Positions 49,603 to 59,322 of a DNA stretch of 64,000 nt are shown here, piece after piece. Both the position numbers and the translations under genes were made by a program. Below the pieces are notes generated by a model. That model had not been told where the DNA came from. It did no database searches and was given only the letters and a program-made list of their open reading frames with translations. Each line of letters opens with the position of its first letter. Position 1 is the stretch's first letter. Origin of the DNA: a virus. The stretch lies in the IMG/VR virus record IMGVR_UViG_3300032294_002877, positions 96,001-160,000 of that record; one strand, written 5' to 3'.

Positions 49603-52600
49603 TATATTTCCTTAGTAGCTGTTAATGTCCATTTCCCATTCATAAATGTAAATAATCCTTTATTTCCGGATATAACATTAAAATCAAAAGGATTATCAAA
49701 GTTCACAAGCATCGTAGGAACAGTTTCTCCTTTCTTCCTGCCTGGAATATATGACAATTCAATTGTTGCATTATTTCCCATTCCTAAAATTCCTGGAGTA
49801 ACAAAAGTTTGTTTACTGACAGGTTCGTAGTATCCTGTATCTTTATCATACCGACAAAGCAGTTTAGCACCTCGTGGAGCAGTATATCCTCCGCGGTCTT
49901 TTATAAATATTAGCCTGCGTAAACCGTTAGCTAATGGTTCCGTTGAATACTGAACATCGTCTAAGAATGCTCTTGCTGGATAAGTCTCGTCATTATCTGC
50001 GTCTTTAACCAAATCTTCTTCTAAAGTAGCATAAACCATTTTATATATGGAAGAAACGCTGTCAGCTTTTGTCGCCCAAACCTTTCTGCCTTCGTCCCAT
50101 CTAAAGTCTATTGGTCCAACCGGCCAAAGGTCTGGTCTTTCCGCCCAGTTTAGATAAAATTGTTTGAGTTTTTTCTTTGCTGTCCACTTACCGTTTTCAT
50201 ATTTTTGTGTTTTGCTGATAATTGATCCTTGGTAGCTTGTGGTTCTATCTCCTGGTTGTATTGTTACAGAATCGTCGGGTGGAAATCCGCCAGGATCACT
50301 TAGATCATCTTCGTAAGCAACTTGACTAACACTACTAGTATTTGTTATACGAGTTCCTTCTATGGTCAAAAAATCACTATCGCTTAAAACTCTATCTTTT
50401 ACGTACTCATTAACAGAATTGCTAAGTTTATATACATCTCCGATCTTTAAATCTTTAAATGTGACCGGTTTTGGAAATCCATCCTTAGCTTTAACTTTGA
50501 ATCTTTTGGGTCTACCATACTGGTCTATTTCGTATGGTTCATCGGCAGCATTTGGAACAGGATAACCCTCCAGATCGTATCCCCATCCATGTAGTACTAA
50601 TGGTCCTCGTAATCCCATAAACCTTTGATTATTTTGATATGATCTTATTTCTCCATTATTCCTATCTTTAATCTTGTTTGATAGCCTCATATCCTTATCA
50701 TAATAATCAGCATTAATAGTTATAGTCCCGTCTGTTTCATATTTTGTTAATGAATTGCTCAATGTTAGGTTTTTGGGGTTCACTGCTCCTCTGCCGACTA
50801 TTTCTATACTGTGTCTGCATCTATCATAAAACGTTCTAGGTTTAGATGAGCTATATACATTTATAGATAAATCTCCATGTACTCCGGAGCCTTCCGGATG
50901 AACGCCCTCATAATGCTGTACATTAGGATTTCTGAATTCCCCATAAGGAACCACTATGGGTTGCAAACTAACCATATTTATAGCAATAGAAACTCCTGCT
51001 TGACTAGAAGTTGTTGAAGCTGCTGTAGAAGCTGTAGAAGCCGTAGAGGTAACAGCTGTAGCATTGTATTCTAATAATGCCGATAGATCTGTACCGCTAG
51101 TTATAATATATGGTGGTAGTGTCTCTAATGATTGAGATGAAGCACTGCTAGTTATACTAGATTTTAGTTTAATATTGAGTTTTTCTTCAGGATTTATACA
51201 TTTATCGCAGTGTAAATTGTATACTCCGCTAGTTCCGTATCCGCTATTTAAATATCTCAGATAAGATACTTGTATTTTCTTGGTTCCACTACAAAATGGA
51301 CATAAGCTTCTATCATAGTATCCAAAATTGTATGTGCTGTGTTTTAAAGTAGGATAAAAAGAAACAGGAGAAAAGATACCATCTAAGCTCATCATGGATT
51401 GTAGTCCATAATCACTCGCTATCTGCGCTCTAACCTCTTTCTCTTCGTATAAACCAACGTCGGTTCGTTGTCTGATCTCGTTGCTCAAAGCAGGGATTGT
51501 GATGGCCGGGTCTGATATGTAAGATGTAGCATCTCTCCATCTTTGAGCATTATCACCAGGATCATTTCCATAGTTTATGGAAAAACTAGGGTTGTCATCC
51601 CTAAACCTACCTGCGCCACCAGAAGAAAATATTATGCCAGTAATAGGATTTGGATCTCGGGTTAATCTAGATAAATATGGATAAGATTGCCCTATTAGTA
51701 CTCTAACCGGACTCCAGCCGTATAGTTTACTTCTATAGTCTTTGGTATCGGGAGCATTGGATAATCTTTGTTGTTGTAGAGCTCTTGTTTGATTATAAAT
51801 ATTATTTGCTGTTTGTTGTGACATTTTAGATAATTGCTTATTACGTTTCAAATTATCTAAATGCATTTTTTTAACTCTATCACTATTTTCTTTATTGAAA
51901 AATCCTAATTTCCTTGTGTAAGTTCTGAAGCTATAAGTAGTTGTTATTCCTTGTTGACCGACGGTGGTCTGTATATTGGTTATAATTGGACCTCCAGTAA
52001 CATTGCCATCGGACTTTACAACTAAAACCTGATATTCTATATCCTCCGTCTTATCTGTTGGTATAAGAGGAGTAAATAATGTCGGCATACCATTAGGAAG
52101 ACTTAGTATAGGATTGGTGGTATTGTATTTAACATCAGTATACAAATAACCCGTACTAACCACTCCGGAAGGTATAGAAGCATAGTAACTGCTTCCATAC
52201 AGGAATCTTCCTCCTAAATTGAACAGTGGTAGGCCGGGCATATCTATCTGTGCAGTCTCTATAATATTCTGATAATTTGTACGACTTCTAGCATCGTTCA
52301 TAGCTACATAATCCAAAAACGCCATACCTCCATAATTCCATGGCGTATAATCGTCAATAAAGTCTACATCGGTAGATAATATCCAATTATCAACGGCTTT
52401 TTGAGCTTGATCCGGACTTATAACCACATTTGTGTACGTACACACTGGGGGTATAGCATCCGATTGTGTTATACTCAATCCTGATGGAAAAACACTACTA
52501 GGATTCACTAAATATTCTATATACGGATAATTTGTCCATGGTCCATAATTATATATATTCGATTTTAATGGTATACCAGCAAAAAACGGATGAGCCATTT

Positions 52601-55600
52601 TAGGAGCTAACTGAGCATATGCGGCTGATTTATTAGCAGGATTAGACGCATTTCCTACGACAAATCCCGGATCTTCTGTAACAGTAAATATATGAGATAG
52701 CATTTGTCTTATCCATCTCAAATCTCTTTGTCCGTCATCTGTCATATGCAAATAGATATTCAAATCCTCCATAGCTATATTCGCTATAATAGTTCTATTA
52801 GGATCTTTAGAAAATTCATCACTACTATTATTTAGAGTAATACCAGGAGCGTCTATCAGTATTCTTGGTTCTTTAAGATTTTCGGGATCTAAAAATACTA
52901 TCTTTTCGTCTATTTGTGTAGTTACGAACAGCTTTTTCATGGGCATATCCGTACCGTTGGCTCTCAAGATTTTTCTGCCAAAAGGATCAATAGCTTTCGA
53001 TCCAACCAAACTCAGCGAGAATGGAGTAAATGTTGTAGGACTTTCTATACCATATTGATTATATATAGCAGGTAGGGATATTGGCGAAGCAGATCCAGAA
53101 ACTTCGACTAATATATAGTCGGATGGAGACAATGAAGAATAGTCCAATACAGGATATGTAAAAGTTCCCTCGGCACAAGCACTATCTCTGCGATCTTTCA
53201 TGATATCCCAATTTTCGAAACTCCAATAAGGATTGAGTTTTTCTGCGGTAAATTTATTAAATTGCTGCTGACTAAGCATACATATTTCGTATCGCTTATA
53301 ATCAAATGCATCAGTAGCATTATATCCTAATACTGGTTTAATTTTACCCATTTCATCAGATATATTATACCAGTCTCTACTGCCTACTGCTATACAATTA
53401 TCTATAATGTTTCCGTATTCCTCCCATGCTCCATCATTAGTTGGAGTATAGCTATAATGAAGTTCTCCACCGCCACTAAAAACAAAGGCGGTGCCCGCCT
53501 CCGTAGGTAAAGCTATATTAGCAAAAGACGAATCTCTGTAACCAGCCAGATAAGGGGCTGTAACCATATATTTTTTACCGTAGTATTTACCAATATCAGA
53601 AACAAAATTATGCAATATTTGCAAATCTTTTAGTGCTGATTCATCAATCGAGAAAGATGCATCTGCTTTATCTGGTATTGGCTCAATAGTTTGGAGAAAA
53701 GCCCCGCTCATATTTGTTCCCAAAGTATATCCCTCCGCTAATAGCCTCCAATACCAATTATGTTTTTCTTTGGCTCTCGCTTCAGCTACGTTAGCAGCTA
53801 GTCCTTCGTTCTGATACTTTATTTTATCTTTAGCTATATATGCTTTACGTAACATCTCAACAATATCTGTTTTAAAGGTCTTAGCTAATGAATATACCAA
53901 AAATTCATCAAAACCAGCGTGAGCAGCTCGAATCTCTGATTCTGATATCAAAAAATATGAGACTCCTGATATATTATAAAAGCTCTCTAAATTAACTGAT
54001 GTTGCTGGCAATTCCGGAATTCTGAGCAATACAACTATTTGTCCTGTCCATGTATCAAACCATACTGGTCTTATTCGTCTAAAGTCTGTATTCCCTCCCT
54101 CTATATTCACATCTATTTCGTTTTCCAAAATATATCCGAAAAATGGACATATAACATCCTTGAATAAAGGAAAAAATCTTTGTTCGAAGACAGTACCCCA
54201 TGTGGCATTGTCAGCATTTTCTGCTTTTATAACTTTTCCCTTGTCGTAATTGCCTGTAGATTTACCAGCTATGCTAGATCCCAAATAGTCCTTATCTGCC
54301 CAATCGATATCGGCATCCTTAAAGGGATAGCTTATATTAGCCGCTAATTTTATTTGATCATTATGTTTATATATACCAGCATATCCAGGATTAATGATAC
54401 TTGACAATTCCGGATTATGCAAATCTATGGCTGATGGGGTTTTTATTTTACCGTAATGAAACTGTTTCGTTACCCCGTTTGTTGTTATTCTGTTAAAATT
54501 AGCAGATATTCTGCCTAATTGCATATAGTCAATAAAGCTATTATCTCTTGGGCTATAAATATAATTGCTTTGAGTATATGCTAATCTATAACTTTTTGCT
54601 TGATATAGTCTTTGTACGGGTCCACCAACTATCATTGCTCTGGCACTAGTTTCGTTTTTTTCTTTCCCTATTGTTAATGAGCTCAAAGGATATTGATTAC
54701 ATTGAAATTGTTTTATTGTAGTTTCTATCTCGTTTTGTCTGGGTTGTGCTAATCTGGATATGGTTCTAACTTTTATAACATTGTATATTTTTCCATTAGA
54801 AACCAACGGTACCAAATCTACATAATAATCGAATCCGGCTTGTTCTGCTACGGCATTGAGCAAATCTGTGATACTGATCACTGGACCACTAATTCTAAAA
54901 TCGTCTGGAAGTCGAGGAATTTCATTAAGATCCAATAAAAATTGACATCTTTTCGTAGGAGTACCATCCTCATTATCAACAATTGTTGGTGGTATAACTC
55001 CAAATCTTTTAAATTGATCGCTGATAGGATTATACGTATCATTTTCTTGCATACTCTTAGCTAAAATTCTACCAAAAGGAGAAAACGCTGTTCTTTTGGC
55101 ATAATCACTAAATGGTACTGCACTTGATGGTGTTTTTAATAATGGGCCAACATCTGTTGCTGATGTTAATACGCTTAAAGCATCTAATATAGCATTAGCT
55201 GATATGCCATTACTATTAGACTTAGAACCACCAAATGAATCTCTTCCAAAAGATTCTAAAAATCCATAAACATTAAAAACATTAGGTATATTTCCTTCGT
55301 ATAATCGTCCATAATACTCTACTCCTAATTTACCTCTATAATTTCTTGGTCCTCCAAATAACGAATTGTTTGGTGCAGTTAGTGGGGCGGGTGTGGAGTT
55401 GGCTAATTTACTATAAATAGCTCCAGCATATCCGCCAATTATGACATAACAAGAATTCAATAAAGACTGCATGCTATTAATAGTAACGCTATATGTATTA
55501 CCGCCAGATCCTACTTGCCTAGTCCAGGATTGAACAAGTCCTCCGAATGAAAAGTTTCTTATCCTAAATAATACAGGAGTATCTATTATGTCGTATCCTT

Positions 55601-56177
55601 TATTCAGATTCGAGTTATCTAATTGCCATGCATTATTGTAAGTATTATCTGGATTGATCCGGTTCGGTTGTCCAAAAAACCCGGGGTCAGGATTGTACCA
55701 GTATTTTGATAAAAATGATGGGGGTAAATCTACCTGGCTATTGGGACTAAAGCTTCCACCTCCATTTGTAAAAAATTCATAATATACTTTGCCAGGAACC
55801 ATACGCTTAGAAATATCCATAGTTGTAGAGCTAAAAGAATTTCCTCTTTCATCTATATAACAATCATTTCCGGCACAGGCATGATAATGGTTGATAGGAA
55901 ACCTGTCTGTATCAATCGCCGGTTTGAGCATACCATCATCTTTTGCAGATAATGGAAATTGGGCAGCGATAGTGCCGTTTACGACATTGCTGTTAGCTGG
56001 TGCTCCAATAATACAACCCCTAGCAGCGGAATCATCCACAAGAGTTACCGTTAATTGAGCTGGTTGTCCTCCCCATCCCATACTAGTATTAAATCCGTTT
56101 ATACTAGCTCCCAAAAATAATGTTTGGGCAATAATATCACTACCTACTTGATTGTCAGGACATGGTTGTGTTGGCAT
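49602..56177 (-). CDS. Very large virion structural protein (2191 aa), tail or baseplate hub-like
   Basis: Uninterrupted ORF coupled to its neighbours. Starts FLGASINGFNTSMGWGGQPAQLTVTL, with later hub-like ISITDLLNAVAEQAGFDYYVDL. Confidence 0.72.
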   Translation of the reverse strand: MPTQPCPDNQVGSDIIAQTLFLGASINGFNTSMGWGGQPAQLTVTLVDDSAARGCIIGAPANSNVVNGTIAAQFPLSAKDDGMLKPAIDTDRFPINHYHACAGNDCYIDERGNSFSSTTMDISKRMVPGKVYYEFFTNGGGSFSPNSQVDLPPSFLSKYWYNPDPGFFGQPNRINPDNTYNNAWQLDNSNLNKGYDIIDTPVLFRIRNFSFGGLVQSWTRQVGSGGNTYSVTINSMQSLLNSCYVIIGGYAGAIYSKLANSTPAPLTAPNNSLFGGPRNYRGKLGVEYYGRLYEGNIPNVFNVYGFLESFGRDSFGGSKSNSNGISANAILDALSVLTSATDVGPLLKTPSSAVPFSDYAKRTAFSPFGRILAKSMQENDTYNPISDQFKRFGVIPPTIVDNEDGTPTKRCQFLLDLNEIPRLPDDFRISGPVISITDLLNAVAEQAGFDYYVDLVPLVSNGKIYNVIKVRTISRLAQPRQNEIETTIKQFQCNQYPLSSLTIGKEKNETSARAMIVGGPVQRLYQAKSYRLAYTQSNYIYSPRDNSFIDYMQLGRISANFNRITTNGVTKQFHYGKIKTPSAIDLHNPELSSIINPGYAGIYKHNDQIKLAANISYPFKDADIDWADKDYLGSSIAGKSTGNYDKGKVIKAENADNATWGTVFEQRFFPLFKDVICPFFGYILENEIDVNIEGGNTDFRRIRPVWFDTWTGQIVVLLRIPELPATSVNLESFYNISGVSYFLISESEIRAAHAGFDEFLVYSLAKTFKTDIVEMLRKAYIAKDKIKYQNEGLAANVAEARAKEKHNWYWRLLAEGYTLGTNMSGAFLQTIEPIPDKADASFSIDESALKDLQILHNFVSDIGKYYGKKYMVTAPYLAGYRDSSFANIALPTEAGTAFVFSGGGELHYSYTPTNDGAWEEYGNIIDNCIAVGSRDWYNISDEMGKIKPVLGYNATDAFDYKRYEICMLSQQQFNKFTAEKLNPYWSFENWDIMKDRRDSACAEGTFTYPVLDYSSLSPSDYILVEVSGSASPISLPAIYNQYGIESPTTFTPFSLSLVGSKAIDPFGRKILRANGTDMPMKKLFVTTQIDEKIVFLDPENLKEPRILIDAPGITLNNSSDEFSKDPNRTIIANIAMEDLNIYLHMTDDGQRDLRWIRQMLSHIFTVTEDPGFVVGNASNPANKSAAYAQLAPKMAHPFFAGIPLKSNIYNYGPWTNYPYIEYLVNPSSVFPSGLSITQSDAIPPVCTYTNVVISPDQAQKAVDNWILSTDVDFIDDYTPWNYGGMAFLDYVAMNDARSRTNYQNIIETAQIDMPGLPLFNLGGRFLYGSSYYASIPSGVVSTGYLYTDVKYNTTNPILSLPNGMPTLFTPLIPTDKTEDIEYQVLVVKSDGNVTGGPIITNIQTTVGQQGITTTYSFRTYTRKLGFFNKENSDRVKKMHLDNLKRNKQLSKMSQQTANNIYNQTRALQQQRLSNAPDTKDYRSKLYGWSPVRVLIGQSYPYLSRLTRDPNPITGIIFSSGGAGRFRDDNPSFSINYGNDPGDNAQRWRDATSYISDPAITIPALSNEIRQRTDVGLYEEKEVRAQIASDYGLQSMMSLDGIFSPVSFYPTLKHSTYNFGYYDRSLCPFCSGTKKIQVSYLRYLNSGYGTSGVYNLHCDKCINPEEKLNIKLKSSITSSASSQSLETLPPYIITSGTDLSALLEYNATAVTSTASTASTAASTTSSQAGVSIAINMVSLQPIVVPYGEFRNPNVQHYEGVHPEGSGVHGDLSINVYSSSKPRTFYDRCRHSIEIVGRGAVNPKNLTLSNSLTKYETDGTITINADYYDKDMRLSNKIKDRNNGEIRSYQNNQRFMGLRGPLVLHGWGYDLEGYPVPNAADEPYEIDQYGRPKRFKVKAKDGFPKPVTFKDLKIGDVYKLSNSVNEYVKDRVLSDSDFLTIEGTRITNTSSVSQVAYEDDLSDPGGFPPDDSVTIQPGDRTTSYQGSIISKTQKYENGKWTAKKKLKQFYLNWAERPDLWPVGPIDFRWDEGRKVWATKADSVSSIYKMVYATLEEDLVKDADNDETYPARAFLDDVQYSTEPLANGLRRLIFIKDRGGYTAPRGAKLLCRYDKDTGYYEPVSKQTFVTPGILGMGNNATIELSYIPGRKKGETVPTMLVNFDNPFDFNVISGNKGLFTFMNGKWTLTATKEI

Positions 56178-56180
56178 ATG

Positions 56181-58211
56181 TTATGTATCCAGATAAGATC
56201 TCGCTATTGTGCATGGTTGATAGGTCCATCCTATTTGTCTAGTATATCTTCCTTCAACCGGGTTCCAAGTTTGATTATCTTGGTTAACGTACACTTGTCC
56301 GGGATTATTTGTTTGTCCTCCTGTTCGTGTATCACTACCCATATTACCAAAGATACTCACAGTCCTATCTCCATACGGTTTTAAACCTTCTATCATGCCG
56401 GTAATCGTTTTGTATACTGTACCTCCTGTCCATAACGGACATTCCTTACTGGTCATAACGAAACCAGCCATACTACTGGGAGGCAGAACAGCCACTTCTA
56501 TAGTCAAATCTCTTTTAGCGGCGGATCTTGTACCAAGAGCCTGTAAAATAGGACCTAGTCTTCTTCCTAATACGAAGGTTTCATTTATCACATCTGTTGG
56601 GCCCGTATCTGTGATAGTAAAGTTTTCGGATAATGCGCCGCTAATAAATACGAATCTGTTACTATATTCGTAACTATATGAAATAGTACCTTTTCTAGGA
56701 TCGTGACCTTCTGTTGTAGATATAGGAATAACATTTAAGAAATTTTCTTTGCAATAAATAGGATTTTTAGGATCGGGTGGCGGCTCCGTTGTGGGACTAA
56801 GATATTTTTCATTCCTGTCAGGAGCATTATTTAATACCAAGCTGGCTCTTCTATACAAATATGGTTTAATATCGTTTACCCAACCACTTAATGCATTTAA
56901 ATATTTTGCTCCTTGAAACTGGGTCACAGCGCTTGTCTGTGTAAAATTATCTAAAATTTTAGGCACCGACGCATAAGGTTCCGATCCGCTAGATATAGTA
57001 TGATCCAAACCTATTCTTGCTGGTTGTATGCCGGTTGGTATCAAACCAGAACTTCCGCTCATAATATTTATCGGAGTAAAACTTAACCCTTTAATATTGC
57101 CTTGAACTCTGACTCTTTTAATATATCTTTCGTCTGTTGATGTTTCTAAGCTATAATCCTCAACATATCCTATTCCTGTTGGCATAGCAAGCCAAGTTTC
57201 ATTAACTTCATAAGATCCTTCGGAAACACTAAAATTTATTGTTCTTAGGTGATTAAATAAATAGACTTTGGATAAGCTTGAAAAAAATACATTATTTTCG
57301 TTCTCTACCCAAGACACAAGTCCGGAAGGAAAATTATTAGCTGATGTGGACGCTTTGAAAGATTCTGCTAATTTATATTGTACCCAGTCTCTAGCCTGTA
57401 GATAAGCGGTATAATTACCGCTAGGACTATAGCATCCGCTGCCTAGGCCTGACATTATAGGAAAACCTACTGCTGATAATCTTCTTGATATTTTATACTG
57501 AGGAATATTAATAATATCTAGAGTATTAGTACCGGCAGTAGGCGCACCATTGGTAGGAGCTCCAGGCTTAAGCATAGGATTACTGTATTCTGGTTTTCCG
57601 CTAACCTGAACACTAAATCTAGTATAAATATAATCCTCTAAAGGCTCTATATTCCATGAATCAACAGTATTTTTAACCGGTGGAGCACCACTGATTCCGG
57701 GCTCGTTGTATTCTAATTGAACCTCATAATCAGCAGTAAAAACCCAATTATCTTCGGATTTGTTTATATTAAAACTATTTACACGAGCACCAGATATTGT
57801 TATACCGCTCTCTGGAGGACTACCATTACACTTTACCTGAAAAAGACCAGCAGTGCAAGAAAATAGTTGCTGTAAGTTTTTAACAGCTCCTAATAATACT
57901 TCCGTCCCTGTCCCTGGAGGCATTAGCTCAGGAATTTGCGCTCCTGGACTAACTGGGGCTCGTACAATTTTTCCGTTTATTGTAACATTAGTCTGAATGT
58001 TTTCTACTATTCCGGCACCGTTTCTATTATAACTCTTACTAAAATTAACGAACGGTGTAGGCCCAGCTATCTTGTGTAATCCTGTTCCATTAAATGATAC
58101 TATAACAGTTGGCTCTCTTGGCGTAAGAGTCCCTGCAACATTTCCTCCACCAGCAACAGAAAACGGTAGATTTTCTCCATCTACTAGCTGTTCTGGACTA
58201 AAATATACCAT
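56181..58211 (-). CDS. Virion structural protein (676 aa)
   Basis: Beta-rich ORF in the tail operon; AAGGA SD. Confidence 0.7.
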   Translation of the reverse strand: MVYFSPEQLVDGENLPFSVAGGGNVAGTLTPREPTVIVSFNGTGLHKIAGPTPFVNFSKSYNRNGAGIVENIQTNVTINGKIVRAPVSPGAQIPELMPPGTGTEVLLGAVKNLQQLFSCTAGLFQVKCNGSPPESGITISGARVNSFNINKSEDNWVFTADYEVQLEYNEPGISGAPPVKNTVDSWNIEPLEDYIYTRFSVQVSGKPEYSNPMLKPGAPTNGAPTAGTNTLDIINIPQYKISRRLSAVGFPIMSGLGSGCYSPSGNYTAYLQARDWVQYKLAESFKASTSANNFPSGLVSWVENENNVFFSSLSKVYLFNHLRTINFSVSEGSYEVNETWLAMPTGIGYVEDYSLETSTDERYIKRVRVQGNIKGLSFTPINIMSGSSGLIPTGIQPARIGLDHTISSGSEPYASVPKILDNFTQTSAVTQFQGAKYLNALSGWVNDIKPYLYRRASLVLNNAPDRNEKYLSPTTEPPPDPKNPIYCKENFLNVIPISTTEGHDPRKGTISYSYEYSNRFVFISGALSENFTITDTGPTDVINETFVLGRRLGPILQALGTRSAAKRDLTIEVAVLPPSSMAGFVMTSKECPLWTGGTVYKTITGMIEGLKPYGDRTVSIFGNMGSDTRTGGQTNNPGQVYVNQDNQTWNPVEGRYTRQIGWTYQPCTIARSYLDT

Positions 58212-58266
58212 AATTCCTTAATCCTTATTATATCCTGTACTAATACTAATTATAACAAATCTTATT

Positions 58267-58506
58267 TCATGTGAACTGATAGTAAAATGATATAGTTTTT
58301 GAAATATTTTCTGCTACAAAACTATAACTACTAGGAAAAGCTCTGACTGGAGTTTCATTGAGACTATTCAAAAAAATAGTATATTTCCGACCAACTACAA
58401 GATTAGTCGCCACAATATCCACCTTATTAGGACATCGACAGCTATTATTATCTATAGATTTGACATTACCGTCTGGAAAAACTAACTTTAAATCCGGATT
58501 TGGCAT
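58267..58506 (-). CDS. Hypothetical protein
   Basis: 79 aa with AAGGAG SD. Confidence 0.65.
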   Translation of the reverse strand: MPNPDLKLVFPDGNVKSIDNNSCRCPNKVDIVATNLVVGRKYTIFLNSLNETPVRAFPSSYSFVAENISKTISFYYQFT

Positions 58507-58545
58507 AATTTTCTCCTTACCATAACTAATACACCAATTTCAGAA

Positions 58546-59304
58546 CTATATATTTTCTATCACTATTGATCTATTTTCTGTTAGATTATCATTAGTGTAA
58601 TTATGAATAGTGTAAGCTAGTAAATTATTCGATATGCTACATTTATAAATATCATAACCTTGATTATTTGTAACTATTCTATTAAGAGAGAAATCGCTAT
58701 TTAGCAAGTACGATACATATTTTCTTGTAAAGTCTTTAGCAGTCACGATTATTTTGTCACTATTGAAAACTGATGAAACTCTCAATATCTCTACCATATC
58801 TAGATTACTATTTATTGTATTTGTTCTATTAGTATCAAGATTTTTTATCATAAGACGATCTTGATTAAGTTCTTTCTCGATAAATATTAAATTATTATTA
58901 GAGACAGTACCACTGAATGTTTTTTGTACTATTTGAAAATCTCTGATATTATGAAAATTAGTATTGTCAGCAATAAAACTGCATAAATAATATACTATAG
59001 GACTATCACAACTTTCCATAAATCCAGCGGTATAGTATATTTTAATATAATTATTACTTACAATAATTTGAGGATTACATTCAATTATGACATTACCTAA
59101 ATCTTTATGACTTTTTATAGTATTAACAACAAAAGATTCTGAGTTATCTATATTATAAGAATAAATTTTCCACGGTTTTACAGAATAAGGTTGGTCTCCA
59201 AATTTTAAATTGATGCTTTTATTTGCATAACAATATAGCATTTTATCGATTTCGCCATCCTTAAATAGATATGGCTGGCTACTATTGTGAATTATTTTTG
59301 TCAT
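58546..59304 (-). CDS. Hypothetical protein (beta-rich)
   Basis: 252-aa ORF with AAAGGA SD. Confidence 0.65.
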   Translation of the reverse strand: MTKIIHNSSQPYLFKDGEIDKMLYCYANKSINLKFGDQPYSVKPWKIYSYNIDNSESFVVNTIKSHKDLGNVIIECNPQIIVSNNYIKIYYTAGFMESCDSPIVYYLCSFIADNTNFHNIRDFQIVQKTFSGTVSNNNLIFIEKELNQDRLMIKNLDTNRTNTINSNLDMVEILRVSSVFNSDKIIVTAKDFTRKYVSYLLNSDFSLNRIVTNNQGYDIYKCSISNNLLAYTIHNYTNDNLTENRSIVIENI

Positions 59305-59322
59305 TTGGAGCTGTTCCTTTGA

